A DNA stretch of 64,000 bases from NCBI GenBank assembly GCA_963422645.2, contig CAXXVO010000017.1:234553-298552 (forward strand), given 5' to 3'. The DNA comes from Alphaproteobacteria bacterium. Lineage in GTDB: Bacteria > Pseudomonadota > Alphaproteobacteria > UBA828. Positions within the stretch are counted from its first letter, which is position 1. Each line of letters begins with the position of its first letter. Of this stretch, positions 40,341 through 49,983 are shown piece by piece. Made by a program: the position numbers and the translations under genes. The notes below the pieces were generated by a model. The model was not told the DNA's origin. It saw only the letters and a program-made list of their open reading frames with translations, and made no database searches.

Positions 40341-41014
40341 TGACCGGCCCGGCGATTGCCAGCGCAGACCGCACGGGTGACCGAAGCCTGCGCCCGTGGC
40401 GCCGCGTAGGGCTGGGCGCCGGGCTCGTCCTCGCCCTGGCCGGTCCTCTATGCCTCGCCGGTTGCGCGGACGTCATCCTTAGCGCGGCCACCACGACGGG
40501 CCTCGCGGTCGTCGAGGAACGCACGGTCGGCGACGCCGTCAAGGACCTGACCATCCAGGCGGAGCTCAACCATCTCTTTTTCCAGGACGATCTCGCACTC
40601 TACAACGACGTGTCGCTCAGCGTGGTGGAGGGGCGCGTCCTGCTCAAGGGCAGCGTGCCGACGCATGAGGACCGAATTCGTGCGGGCTGGGTCGCCCGGC
40701 AGGCCTCGCGCGCTCAGGAGGTGATCAACGAGCTGCAGGTGACCGGCGAAGGCGGGATCCTGGATTATGCAAAGGACAGGTGGATATCGTTGCTGCTAGA
40801 GACCAAGCTGCTCTTCGATATAGACATCCTGTCGGTCAATTACGACATCGCGACCGTCAACGGCACGGTCTACCTCTTGGGGATTGCGCAGGATGAGGGT
40901 GAGCTGGAACAGGTCAAGGAGCACGCCCGGAGCGTCGATGGCGTCGAGCGTGTCGTGAGCCACGTGATCATGAAGGACGACCCCCGCCGCCCGGCACCAC
41001 CTGATGCCCGGTGA
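40337..41014 (+). CDS. BON-domain lipoprotein, paralog 2
   Basis: Lipobox LAGC; same two BON domains; tandem duplicate of paralog 1. Confidence 0.88.
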   Translation: MMTGPAIASADRTGDRSLRPWRRVGLGAGLVLALAGPLCLAGCADVILSAATTTGLAVVEERTVGDAVKDLTIQAELNHLFFQDDLALYNDVSLSVVEGRVLLKGSVPTHEDRIRAGWVARQASRAQEVINELQVTGEGGILDYAKDRWISLLLETKLLFDIDILSVNYDIATVNGTVYLLGIAQDEGELEQVKEHARSVDGVERVVSHVIMKDDPRRPAPPDAR

Positions 41015-41831
41015 CACGATCGAAGGTGCGCTCCGCGCGGTTGGCACTCTCGCGGACGAAGAGATCGACCTGGCCGATGCCGCGCTGCTGCTCGGCGCCC
41101 TCGACCTGCCGGGCGCGTCGCTCGATGGCTACCGGGCCCATGTCGGCCGCCTCGGCGACGATGTGGCGGCCCTCGCCCCCACTGGCGAGCCGCTGGAGCG
41201 CCGGCGCAGGCACCTCAACGCCGTGCTCTTCGAGGCACACGGCTATGCCGGCGATACCGAGAGCTACGATGCTCCCGAGAACGCGAATCTGCTCCAGGTC
41301 ATCGACCGCAGGGTCGGTCTCCCGGTCAGCCTCGGCATCCTCTATATCCACGCCGCGCGGGCTCAGGGCTGGGCGGTGAACGGGCTGGCTTTCCCCGGTC
41401 ACTTCCTGGTGCGTATGGACGAAGGCGACCGCCGCGTGATCGTCGATCCCTTCCACCAGGGCCAGGCGCTGGAGGCCGGCCACCTGCGCGGCCTGCTCAA
41501 GCAGTTTCAGGGCGCGGATGCGGAACTCGGTCCAGTCCACTACGCGCCGGTCGGCAACCGGGCGATCCTTCTCCGGCTTCAAAACAACATCAAGTCTCGG
41601 GCGCTGCAGGCGGGCGACGGGGCACGCGCTGCCGCAATCCTGGAGCGGATGCTGCTGATCGCGCCGGAGGCCGGCGGCCTCTGGCATGAGCTCGGCGTGG
41701 TGCGTAGCAGGCTTGGCACCATCAAGGGTGCGGTCGAAGCGCTGGAGCGGAGCCTCACCTGCTCGCTGCCTGAGGCCGTGCGGCCGCGTGTCGAGGCGGC
41801 GCTTGCGTCTCTTGCGACCAGCTTGCACTAG
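41004..41831 (+). CDS. SirB1/transglutaminase-like TPR protein
   Basis: [32 protein letters not shown] and RLQNNIK motifs. Confidence 0.88.
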   Translation: MPGDTIEGALRAVGTLADEEIDLADAALLLGALDLPGASLDGYRAHVGRLGDDVAALAPTGEPLERRRRHLNAVLFEAHGYAGDTESYDAPENANLLQVIDRRVGLPVSLGILYIHAARAQGWAVNGLAFPGHFLVRMDEGDRRVIVDPFHQGQALEAGHLRGLLKQFQGADAELGPVHYAPVGNRAILLRLQNNIKSRALQAGDGARAAAILERMLLIAPEAGGLWHELGVVRSRLGTIKGAVEALERSLTCSLPEAVRPRVEAALASLATSLH

Positions 41832-41860
41832 GCGGTGAGAGGCGCAATGGGGTCCAGGAC

Positions 41861-42808
41861 ATGAGCCTCGCCGTGGCCATTCAGATGGACCCGATCGAGG
41901 CCATCGACATCGAGGCCGACAGCACCTTCGTGCTCGCTCTGGAGGCGCAGGCCAGGGGCCATCGGCTGCACCACTACCTGCCGCAGCATCTTTCATTGAC
42001 CGCGGCCGGCGCGGTGGCGACGGTGCGACCCCTCGAGGTGCGCCGGAAGGCCGGTGATCACTTCTCCCTCGACGCGCCGGAGACCGTCGATCTGGCCACC
42101 ATGGACGTCGTCCTGATGCGCCAGGACCCGCCCTTCGACATGGCCTACATAACGGCCACCCATATCCTGGAGCACATCCAGCCTGAGACGCTGGTCGTCA
42201 ACGATCCGGCCCAGGTGCGGAACGCGCCGGAGAAGCTCTTCGTCACGCGTTTCAAGGAGCTGATGCCGCCCACACTGATCACTGCCGAGCGCAAAATGAT
42301 CGTCGATTTCCGCGCTCAGCACGGCGACATCATCCTCAAGCCCCTCTTCGGCAACGGCGGTGCAGGCGTGTTCCACGTCGGGCCCGGGGACGAAAACCTC
42401 AACGCGCTCATCGAGATGTTCGGCACATACTTTCGCGAGCCGATCATCGTCCAGGCCTATCTGCCGGCGGTCCGCGACGGTGACAAGCGCATCATCCTGG
42501 TGGATGGCGAGCCGGTGGGCGCCGTGAACCGGGTGCCGGCCGCCGGCGAGGCGCGCGCCAACATGCACGTCGGCGCCCGTCCCGACAAATCCGAGTTAAG
42601 CGATCGCGACCGCGAGATCTGCGCGGCGATCGGCCCGGCACTCAGGGAACGCGGCCTGATCTTCACCGGGATCGACGTGATCGGCGGCAATCTCACCGAG
42701 ATCAACGTCACCTCGCCCACCGGTATTCAGGAGATCAACCGCCTCGACGGCACCTGCCTCGAAGCCCTGATCTGGGATGCGATCGAGGCCCGGCTCGCTC
42801 AGGCGTAG
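41861..42808 (+). CDS. gshB: Glutathione synthetase
   Basis: [28 protein letters not shown] and [10 protein letters not shown] motifs. Confidence 0.97.
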   Translation: MSLAVAIQMDPIEAIDIEADSTFVLALEAQARGHRLHHYLPQHLSLTAAGAVATVRPLEVRRKAGDHFSLDAPETVDLATMDVVLMRQDPPFDMAYITATHILEHIQPETLVVNDPAQVRNAPEKLFVTRFKELMPPTLITAERKMIVDFRAQHGDIILKPLFGNGGAGVFHVGPGDENLNALIEMFGTYFREPIIVQAYLPAVRDGDKRIILVDGEPVGAVNRVPAAGEARANMHVGARPDKSELSDRDREICAAIGPALRERGLIFTGIDVIGGNLTEINVTSPTGIQEINRLDGTCLEALIWDAIEARLAQA

Positions 42809-42840
42809 CCTTGCGTTCAGGCCGCCTCCTGCGCCTCACC

Positions 42841-43236
42841 CTATAAGCGTTCTCGCTTGGGCGGCCCCGGGTCGCCGATGCTCCAGCCGGCGCCATCCAC
42901 CGCGATCTCGGTCTCGGCAGCGACGGTGCCCGGATCGAGGCAGAGCACGTTGACGCTGTAGCAATCGGGCGCCGAGCGCGGCGAGTAAAAGGACTTCACG
43001 CCGCACACCCCGCAGAAGAGGTGCTCGGCAACACGCGTGCCGAAGCGGTAGCTGGTCAGCGTGTCCGCGCCCGAAAGCAGGGTGAAGCGCGATTTCGGCA
43101 CCACCAGATGGCGGTAGCCTGACTTCCGGCAGATCGAGCAGTTGCAGTCGTGCACCTCGATCTCGGCCGGGGCCTCGCAGCTGAAGCGCACCGCGCCGCA
43201 GTGGCAGCCGCCCCGGTGGGTGACGAGCGCCGTCAA
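42841..43236 (-). CDS. GFA/CENP-V family zinc protein
   Basis: GGCHCGAVRF, CNCSICRK and FCGVCG motifs. Confidence 0.9.
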   Translation of the reverse strand: MTALVTHRGGCHCGAVRFSCEAPAEIEVHDCNCSICRKSGYRHLVVPKSRFTLLSGADTLTSYRFGTRVAEHLFCGVCGVKSFYSPRSAPDCYSVNVLCLDPGTVAAETEIAVDGAGWSIGDPGPPKRERL

Positions 43237-43353
43237 TGGTCGCGGTTTGTCGCGCCGGTGGCAGGTACGGAGGGCAACACGCGCATCTCGACCCTCTCTC
43301 CTGCGCGTCGCGCAAACGCCCGCCGTGAATTTCAGCGGGCGCGGGCCGGGGAC

Positions 43354-43428
43354 TGGAGCGGGCGATGGGATTCGAACCCACGACCCCAACCTTGGCAAGG
43401 TTGTGCTCTACCCCTGAGCTACGCCCGC
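43354..43428 (-). tRNA. tRNA-Gly(GCC)
   Basis: GCGGGCGTAGCTCAGGGGTAGAGCACAACCTT-GCC-AAGGTTG...GTTCGAATCC...CGCTCCA. Confidence 0.96.
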
Positions 43429-43809
43429 AAGTGCCCAGCCCCGTGCGCCGCGATAGTACGCGATCGGCGCATCCGTACAAGCGCAATCCCGGTGACACAA
43501 TTCGGACCGAAAAGGGTATGCGCGACTCCTGCATCCTGCTCCCCGGGCAGATGGCGATTGACGCTGGCCTGCGGCAAGGGTAGGAGGGACGCGGGCCGAG
43601 GACGCCGCGTCGCACGCGCGTCCCGATTTGGGCCCGACGGCGGGTCATTCGTCGGCCGCATTGCGGCCACCTCGCCGGCGAAGGAGCAAATATCCTGCAT
43701 CGCGTCATCGGTCCGCGACATGCGGCTGGGTGCCACGCCGGCGTCCGTGCCGTGTTGTCACGCGAAGGCCCGCAGGATGCGGCATGGATGCCGCAATGGA
43801 GGAAATTTC

Positions 43810-45255
43810 GTGGAATTGAATGAAGAATTTACGGATCTCGGCTTGAGCGAGCCGCTGCTCGCCGCCGTTGCCGAGGCCGGCTACGAGACGCCCACGCCGA
43901 TTCAGCAGAAGGCCATCCCGCTGGTCCTGCGCGGTGTCGACGTGCTGGGCTGCGCCCAGACCGGCACGGGCAAGACCGCGTCCTACGCGCTGCCGATCAT
44001 CGACATATTGAGCTCCGGCACGGGCAAGTCGCGCATGCCGCGCTGCCTGATCCTGGCGCCGACGCGAGAGCTCGCACAGCAGATCGCGGACAACTTCGCA
44101 ACCTACGGCGCCAAACACAGCCTGCGCCAGGCGCTGCTCATCGGCGGCGAGGGATTCACGCTTCAGGAAGCCGCGCTCGGCAAGGACCCCGACATACTGA
44201 TCGCCACGCCCGGCCGCCTGATCGACATGTTCGAGCGGGGCCGGATTATGCTGGGCGGCGTCAAGGTGCTGGTGATCGACGAGGCCGATCGCATGCTCGA
44301 CATGGGCTTCATCCCGGATGTCGAGCGCATCGTCCAGACGCTCCCGCGCATCCGCCAGACTCTCATGTTCTCCGCCACGCTCGGGCCCGAGATCAAGCGG
44401 CTCGGCAAAGAGTTTCTGATCAACCCGAAGGAGGTGAGCGTCGCGCCGTCGGCCACGGTGGCCGGCACCGTCAGCCACGCGATGATCCTGGTTGACCCTG
44501 AAGAGAAGCGCGTTGCGCTGCGTGTCCTGCTCCGCGACGAGGCGGTGCAGAGCGCGCTGATCTTCTGCAACCGCAAGAGGGACGTCGATATCGTCTGCGC
44601 TTCGCTCCAGCGCCACGGCATGGACGCCCGCGCGCTGCACGGCGACATGGTGCAGTACCGCCGGACCGAGACGCTGGCGGCATTCAAGGGCGGCGAGGTC
44701 AACCTCCTCGTCTGCAGCGACGTGGCCGGGCGCGGCCTCGATATCGAGGCCGTCTCCCACGTCATCAACTTCGACGTGCCCCACAATCCGGAGGACTACG
44801 TTCATCGCATCGGCCGCACCGGCCGGGCTGGCCGCGAAGGCCGGGCGATCACCTTGGCCACGCACGAGGAAGCCGAGGCGGTGGACGCCATCGCGGCGCT
44901 CGTCAATGCCACGATCCCGCTCACGACCGCCGATGGCGAGCCGGCCGAGCTCGACTCCGCCCTCCGCGATCGCGGGCGTCCGCGCCGCGGCCGCCGGGGT
45001 CGGGATGAGCCCCGCACGACCGAGAAGCGGCCCGCGCGCAGTCGGACGCGCAGCACGGCGGCCGCCGAGAGCCGGCCCAAACGGGAGAAGAAGCCCGCGG
45101 GCACCGCGGAGGCAAGTGAGAGCCAACCTGCCCGCAGGGCGACCGAGAAGAGCACACCTGCGCGCGGGGACGAGCCAGTTACGGGGCTCGGCGATCACGT
45201 GCCAGCGTTCCTCAGCGATCCCTTCCCGGTTCTGCCGCCCGGCGCGGAGCGCTAG
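43810..45255 (+). CDS. DEAD-box RNA helicase (RhlE-like)
   Basis: Q motif PTPIQ, AQTGTGKT, PTRELA, DEADRM, SAT and HRIGRTGR; basic C-terminal tail. Confidence 0.95.
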   Translation: MELNEEFTDLGLSEPLLAAVAEAGYETPTPIQQKAIPLVLRGVDVLGCAQTGTGKTASYALPIIDILSSGTGKSRMPRCLILAPTRELAQQIADNFATYGAKHSLRQALLIGGEGFTLQEAALGKDPDILIATPGRLIDMFERGRIMLGGVKVLVIDEADRMLDMGFIPDVERIVQTLPRIRQTLMFSATLGPEIKRLGKEFLINPKEVSVAPSATVAGTVSHAMILVDPEEKRVALRVLLRDEAVQSALIFCNRKRDVDIVCASLQRHGMDARALHGDMVQYRRTETLAAFKGGEVNLLVCSDVAGRGLDIEAVSHVINFDVPHNPEDYVHRIGRTGRAGREGRAITLATHEEAEAVDAIAALVNATIPLTTADGEPAELDSALRDRGRPRRGRRGRDEPRTTEKRPARSRTRSTAAAESRPKREKKPAGTAEASESQPARRATEKSTPARGDEPVTGLGDHVPAFLSDPFPVLPPGAER

Positions 45256-45361
45256 AGCGCGTCCGACTTAGACGGACGCGCGAGAGGCCGCGACCGCGGC
45301 CCGCCGCGAATGCGGCGCCCTCGCGGAGGTGTCGGCCGCAGGCCGGCTGCCGTGAGCGACA
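45252..45361 (+). repeat. CTAGAGC-headed intergenic repeat, copy 2 (about 33-bp internal insert)
   Basis: Homologous to 22383-22459; CTAG contains the helicase stop; followed by hairpin AGAGCGTTTCCG...CGGAAACGCTCT (45369-45399). Confidence 0.8.
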
Positions 45362-45497
45362 AGACGTAAGAGCGTTTCCGTGTAAAGCGGAAACGCTCTC
45401 GCCCGCACACCACACCGCAGTCACGGCCGGCGTCGCGTCCCGCGTGTCTTGCGGAAGCGGACGACGCCAGAGAACTTTGGACTCATCTTTTTTCTGC

Positions 45498-45532
45498 GGG
45501 ATTCGCCGGGATTGAGCGGGATAAGTGGGATT
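45498..45532 (+). repeat. GGGAT-type tandem repeat, copy 2 (four GGG tracts)
   Basis: GGGATTCGCCGGGATTGAGCGGGATAAGTGGGATT. Confidence 0.65.
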
Positions 45533-45622
45533 CGGTAGAGCGGGTGGCGGCCGGTGCAGGCGGCAGCCACTCGACCGGGGAGCACCTCCCCGCGTCAGCC
45601 GTCGCGCGGCCAAGTACGGCGG

Positions 45623-46156
45623 TTAAAGCTCGTTCTTGTAGAAACGGCCGTCCTTCATGATGACCGGAATGTGGCGGCCCTGCTCCTGAAGCAGTCCGAG
45701 ATCGCTGAGGGGGTCACCGTCCACCACCAGGATGTCCGCCAGCGCCCCCGGCGCGATGGTGCCGAGCTCGCCTGAGCGCTGCGTCAGCGCGGCGTTGATC
45801 GAGGTTGCGGAGCGCAGCACGTCCACAGGTGCAAGCACCTCGCTCCGGATCAGGAACTCCTGGCTCTGCCGGTCCTGCAAGGGCCCGAGCAGGTCGGTGC
45901 CAAAGCCCATGGGCACGCCGGCGGCCTGGCAAACCTCGAGCGAGCGCAGCCCGTCGTTGCCGAGATCCTGAAGCTTGTCGGCGAATACCTTGCGCAGACC
46001 GAACTCGGCGCCTGACTCCAGCATCGCGAATAGCGTAACCAGCGTCGGCACGACGAAGGCGCCGGCCTCTGCGGCGGCCTCCGCCGCTTCTGCGTCGATC
46101 TGGGTGCCGTGCTCGATCGAGCGCACGCCGAGCGCGGCGCAGCGGCGCACCGCGCT
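45623..46156 (-). pseudogene. 3' half of interrupted metal-dependent amidohydrolase
   Basis: VRSIEHG, GFGTDL, GTIAPGALADILVVDGDPL motifs; joins in frame to 50696-51396 once the insert and one TSD are removed. Confidence 0.92.
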
Positions 46157-46164
46157 TGTAGGGG

Positions 46165-46283
46165 GACGAAAGTCATTGCGAATCCGGAAGATGCCGGGAA
46201 GAAGGCGGAAGAAGGCGGACGGTCAAGGGGTTGGCGGCGTTTCCGGGGTCTGGCGGGCCGGACGAAAGTCTTTGCGAATCCGG
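46165..46283 (+). repeat. Left-end putative transposase-binding sites L1 and L2
   Basis: GACGAAAGTC(A/T)TTGCGAATCCGG at 46165-46187 and 46261-46283, 73 bp apart. Confidence 0.85.
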
Positions 46284-46426
46284 CCCGGAAAGGGCCGTGA
46301 ATTGGCTGGAAACGGTGATTTTCGGGGCGTTTCAGGGGTGCTGAAAGGCCTGTAAATCGGGGCGGTTCCGGGGGTGCGGATTCGCCGGTAAATCGGGGTG
46401 CGGCGCGGTGCTTCGCCTCGCCCGGT

Positions 46427-47365
46427 CTACGATGCCGGCGTTGTCCCCGCGCCGGCCTCCTTCCCTTCGAGATCGGTGCGCCGCGGGTCGCGTGCGATCT
46501 CTTCATCGGAGAACGGCTTTCGCCCGGGGTTCTCGACCTCCCAGTTTTCCATCCATGGCAGCGACTGGCATCCGCAGTTGATCGTCTCGGCGGCGGGTCC
46601 GGCGGGATCGCGGGGGTACATGAGCGAAGCGCCGCCGACGTCGAAGGGCCTGGCGGCTTCCCTGGTCTGTCCGTCGACGGCGTCGTGGGCGATGCGGCTT
46701 CTGAGCTTTCCGGAGCGTCGCCACTGCTTCCTCAGCCCCGGCAGGATCCCGGCGGCCTGCTCCATGCGCTGCTGTCCGGCCATGGAGTATGCGCGGCCGA
46801 GCTCGGTCCGCACGATTGTCAGGGCGCGGGACCTGCCGCCGGTCTTGAGGATGGCGGCGACGCGTCCGGTGGTCTCGCCGACGGGGACCGAGCCGGCCAT
46901 GGCGAGGCCGAGTTCGGTATTGACGCGCTCGGCAAGCGTCGTGGAGACGTCCTTCATCCTGTCGGTGAGGAAGGATCGCATGGCGAGGAGCTGGCGGGTG
47001 TCGACCTCGGGCAGGACGGCGGCGATGCGGAAGTCGGGGGCATCGAGGCGCATGGCGGCGTCGACGGGGGCGTCCATGGTATCGATGCCGGCGTCCCAGG
47101 CGCGGGTTGCGCCCTCGGCCATGGCCCGCCCGGCGTCTGCGCCGAGGCTGTCGAGGGCGTCCCGGACGGAGGCCTGGAGGGATGGCAGCGCCCACGCCTG
47201 GTAATCGGAGGGCGCGCCGGCGAGGGTGGCCCGGATGTCGCGCTCGGCGCGCCCGAGGATGCGGCCGACCTCGGCGGCGGTGTCCTTCTGGATGCGGGGC
47301 AGGGCGCGGGCGCGGCGGGATCGCTCGCCCTTGAGCCTGCGCTCGCGCTGACGGTCGGTAGCCAC
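46427..47365 (-). CDS. Phage minor head/morphogenesis protein (Mu gpF / SPP1 gp7-like)
   Basis: RALTIVRTELGRAY, KQW...R.AH...DGQ...F...LMYPRDP...ETINCGC. Confidence 0.88.
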   Translation of the reverse strand: MATDRQRERRLKGERSRRARALPRIQKDTAAEVGRILGRAERDIRATLAGAPSDYQAWALPSLQASVRDALDSLGADAGRAMAEGATRAWDAGIDTMDAPVDAAMRLDAPDFRIAAVLPEVDTRQLLAMRSFLTDRMKDVSTTLAERVNTELGLAMAGSVPVGETTGRVAAILKTGGRSRALTIVRTELGRAYSMAGQQRMEQAAGILPGLRKQWRRSGKLRSRIAHDAVDGQTREAARPFDVGGASLMYPRDPAGPAAETINCGCQSLPWMENWEVENPGRKPFSDEEIARDPRRTDLEGKEAGAGTTPAS

Positions 47366-47368
47366 GTG

Positions 47369-48799
47369 CTACGCCTCGCCGTCGTCGTCGTCCTCGTCCT
47401 GCGGGGGCTCGCGGAAGGCGTCTTCTTCGGCCCGTCCGGCGGCGTCTTCGCGCGCCGCCTCGAGTTCGGCGTCGGCGTCGATCTCGACGCCGAGGCGCCC
47501 GGCGACGGCGGCGATGACGCGGAGCGCGGTGGCGTCCGAGAGCAGGCCGCGCTCGATGGCGAGCGCCGCGGCGCCTGCGGTCTGGGCGAGCGCGGCGGCG
47601 TGTCGGGAGGCGTCGGCGACCACCATCTCGGGCCATTCGACGGAGACGGCGAGGGCGGGGTCTGCGGGATCGGGCCATGATGCGCCGGAGGGGTCGAGCC
47701 TGCGGGCGATGGCGTAGTCTGCGGCCCGGCGCAGGATCTCGGTCCACAGCCTCTGGCGCATCTTGAGGGTCTTGAAGGCGGGATCGCCCATCTCTGCGGC
47801 GGTTGCGCGGTTGACGTCGCCGCCGCCGCCGAACCAGTGCTCGGGCATGCCGGCGCCGCCGAGCAGGTGGTTGCGGAAGAGGCGGGATGTTGCGTCGAGG
47901 TCGCGGCCGCCGAGGTCCGGGGCGAGGGGCTGCCAGGTCTCGCTCTCGTTGTGGACGCGGACGGTTCCGGGCGTGGGCGCCGTGGCCCTTGCGGCGCGCT
48001 CCTCGACCTCTTCCTGACTGGCGCCGGTCATGGTGACGTCCCAGACGAAGGCGCGGAGGAAGTGGGCGCGGTCGATCTCTCCGAAGAGGTGTCGCTCGTA
48101 TCCGTCGAGCCAGTCGATGGCGGCGAGCAGGTCGGAGCGTCCGCGGGATGCGCCGGGCCTGGCGTTGGCGCGGAAGTAGAGGATGTCGCCCGAGGTCATG
48201 GTCTCGCGGATGGCGCGGGCGGCGGGCGCGAGGGCGGTCTCGGGTCCGCCGATGGCGGTGCGGTAGCGCCGGGCTTCGCCCCTGCGGTCCTTCTTCGTCA
48301 CGATGCCGATGGGGCGGGACGCGTTGTCGGGGTCCATGACCACGGTCTCGACGGCGTCGGGGTCGAGCCACGCCATGCGGACGTGACCGGAGGCGGGGTC
48401 TGCGAAGACGGGCCATGCGGTCTCGCCGGCGAGCGCGAGGTCGCGCATGAGCTCGGGGAGGCGGAGCGGCATGTCGGTGACGGGATCGCGCCACCATGCG
48501 TCGAGCCATTCCTGGGCGTCCGGATCGGGGACGCGCACGCGCACGCCGTCGGCGAGGAGGAAGGCGATGGGGAGTTCGACCAGTTGCCGGGCGAGGAGGT
48601 TGGTCTCCCAGAGATGGGCGGCGAGCTTCCTCATCCTGCTCTGGGTCAGCGGCGAGAGGTCGCGGCGTCCGTCTCCGGTGAGCGGGCGCCACTGGTCCTC
48701 GTCCCTGTCGATTCCCTTCCCCGCCGCCTCCCGGAGGGCGGTAGCGTGCGGCGGGGCGCCGCCGAGCATGCGGATGAGGGCGGAGCGGATCACCGCCAC
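47369..48799 (-). CDS. Probable phage portal protein
   Basis: 476 aa between terminase and gpF-like genes; RGRSDL, GMPEHWFGGGGDVNRATA and WPE are portal-like motifs. Confidence 0.75.
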   Translation of the reverse strand: MAVIRSALIRMLGGAPPHATALREAAGKGIDRDEDQWRPLTGDGRRDLSPLTQSRMRKLAAHLWETNLLARQLVELPIAFLLADGVRVRVPDPDAQEWLDAWWRDPVTDMPLRLPELMRDLALAGETAWPVFADPASGHVRMAWLDPDAVETVVMDPDNASRPIGIVTKKDRRGEARRYRTAIGGPETALAPAARAIRETMTSGDILYFRANARPGASRGRSDLLAAIDWLDGYERHLFGEIDRAHFLRAFVWDVTMTGASQEEVEERAARATAPTPGTVRVHNESETWQPLAPDLGGRDLDATSRLFRNHLLGGAGMPEHWFGGGGDVNRATAAEMGDPAFKTLKMRQRLWTEILRRAADYAIARRLDPSGASWPDPADPALAVSVEWPEMVVADASRHAAALAQTAGAAALAIERGLLSDATALRVIAAVAGRLGVEIDADAELEAAREDAAGRAEEDAFREPPQDEDDDDGEA

Positions 48800-49137
48800 A
48801 TCCCCTCCCCGGGCCGCCCGAACATGGTGAGGGGCTGGCGCCCGGCAAGGCGGGAGGGTGTGAAGGCGTCGCGGGGATCGCCCTGCGCCCAGGCGCCGGC
48901 CGGGGGCGGGCGGCTTTCGGCGGCAGCCGCGCAGGCCAGCGCTGCGGCCCAGAAGCGGTCGGCATGGCCGTCGGTCTCGCCGTCGGCGGCGAGGCGGGGG
49001 CTGCCGGTGGGTCCGACGGTCTTGCGCACGGCGTGCAGGTCGGCGCGGAGCACCGGGTCGCCGGAGGGCACGCGGATGGTGCGGTCTTCGAAGCGCTCCT
49101 TCAGCGCGGTGGCGAGGTCGATACCTCCGGCAAGCAC
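48790..49137 (-). pseudogene. C-terminal fragment of a Mu-like terminase large subunit
   Basis: DLATALKERFEDRTIRVP...LRADLHAVRK...GHADRFWAAALA; ATPase domain absent. Confidence 0.8.
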
Positions 49138-49341
49138 TACGTCACCTTCGAGGTCGCCTCGAGCAGGCTATTCTCGTCGCCGAAGCGGTATTTCGACAGA
49201 GTCCTATCCACTATTCACTATAAAGGATGGCAGCCGCCGTTCTCCGGCGCGGTCTACGTCCGCGCTAGATTCACGACCCTGCCGAGGGACGCAGGATCAC
49301 GAGGCCCCTGGTCGGTCACCTACACCCATCGGGCGTCCTAG
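49120..49341 (+). pseudogene. C-terminal fragment of a putative tail/FN3-like protein
   Basis: Open frame ...KHYVTFEVASS...VYVRARF...GPWS...* with no plausible start of its own; lower GC; abuts the terminase fragment back to back. Confidence 0.4.
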
Positions 49342-49355
49342 GAGATTCGACGGCG

Positions 49356-49979
49356 GTGCCCGGCGTGAGAGACCCCCGCGAATCAACCCCGGTCGAGCCC
49401 GGAGAGGGTTCCACCCCCCCCATTCGCGTCGTCCGCGCAGCCATCGGCCCTCGAGCAATGGCCGAGGTCGAGCGAGCCGTCAACGGGCTCGCGCTCGCGC
49501 GCCGGGGCCCCGGCGCGGACGACTGCTACGAGGCATGGCTGCCCGACGGGATGCTCCCGGCAGACTGCACCGACGCCCTGGACGCCCTCGCCCGCAACTA
49601 CGCCCGCGAGGTGCTGAACGCACGCGCGGACACGCCCTCGCCCGCCGTCTGCAACTGTTACTTCGCAGGACAGGCCTGCCTCTGGCACGTCGACCAGTAC
49701 GCAGGGCGGGGAGTTCCCGACACCCTCGACCGGACCGTCTCCGCAAGCCTCATCGTCGAACGCGCCGCAGCCGGCGGCGACATGGTCTTCCAGGACCCGG
49801 GCCGGAAACGCCGCCCCGTACGGATCGACCCGCCGCCGGGATCGCTCGTCCTCTTCCCCGCAGACTGGTGGCACAGGGTCGCACCCGCCACCGCCGGCAT
49901 CCGCCGCTCGCTCGTGCGATGGTGGGCGCAGTCGAACGGAGAGAGGTTCTCGTCCCTCGCCCGGCCCGACGGAGGATGA
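49356..49979 (+). CDS. 2OG-Fe(II) oxygenase (PKHD/prolyl-hydroxylase-like)
   Basis: WHVD (HxD), RTVSASL, GGDMVF, GSLVLFP and WHRVAP...GIRRSLV.W (distal His and Arg). Confidence 0.82.
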   Translation: MPGVRDPRESTPVEPGEGSTPPIRVVRAAIGPRAMAEVERAVNGLALARRGPGADDCYEAWLPDGMLPADCTDALDALARNYAREVLNARADTPSPAVCNCYFAGQACLWHVDQYAGRGVPDTLDRTVSASLIVERAAAGGDMVFQDPGRKRRPVRIDPPPGSLVLFPADWWHRVAPATAGIRRSLVRWWAQSNGERFSSLARPDGG

Positions 49980-49983
49980 CACG

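Noticed and set aside
43150-43809. 220-aa N-terminal extension of the DEAD-box helicase
   Set aside because: It overlaps tRNA-Gly and the GFA gene; an RBS and GTG at 43810 precede the Q-motif region.
49140-49341. DGR variable region in a tail gene
   Set aside because: GC is lower, but no template repeat or reverse transcriptase was seen in the window.
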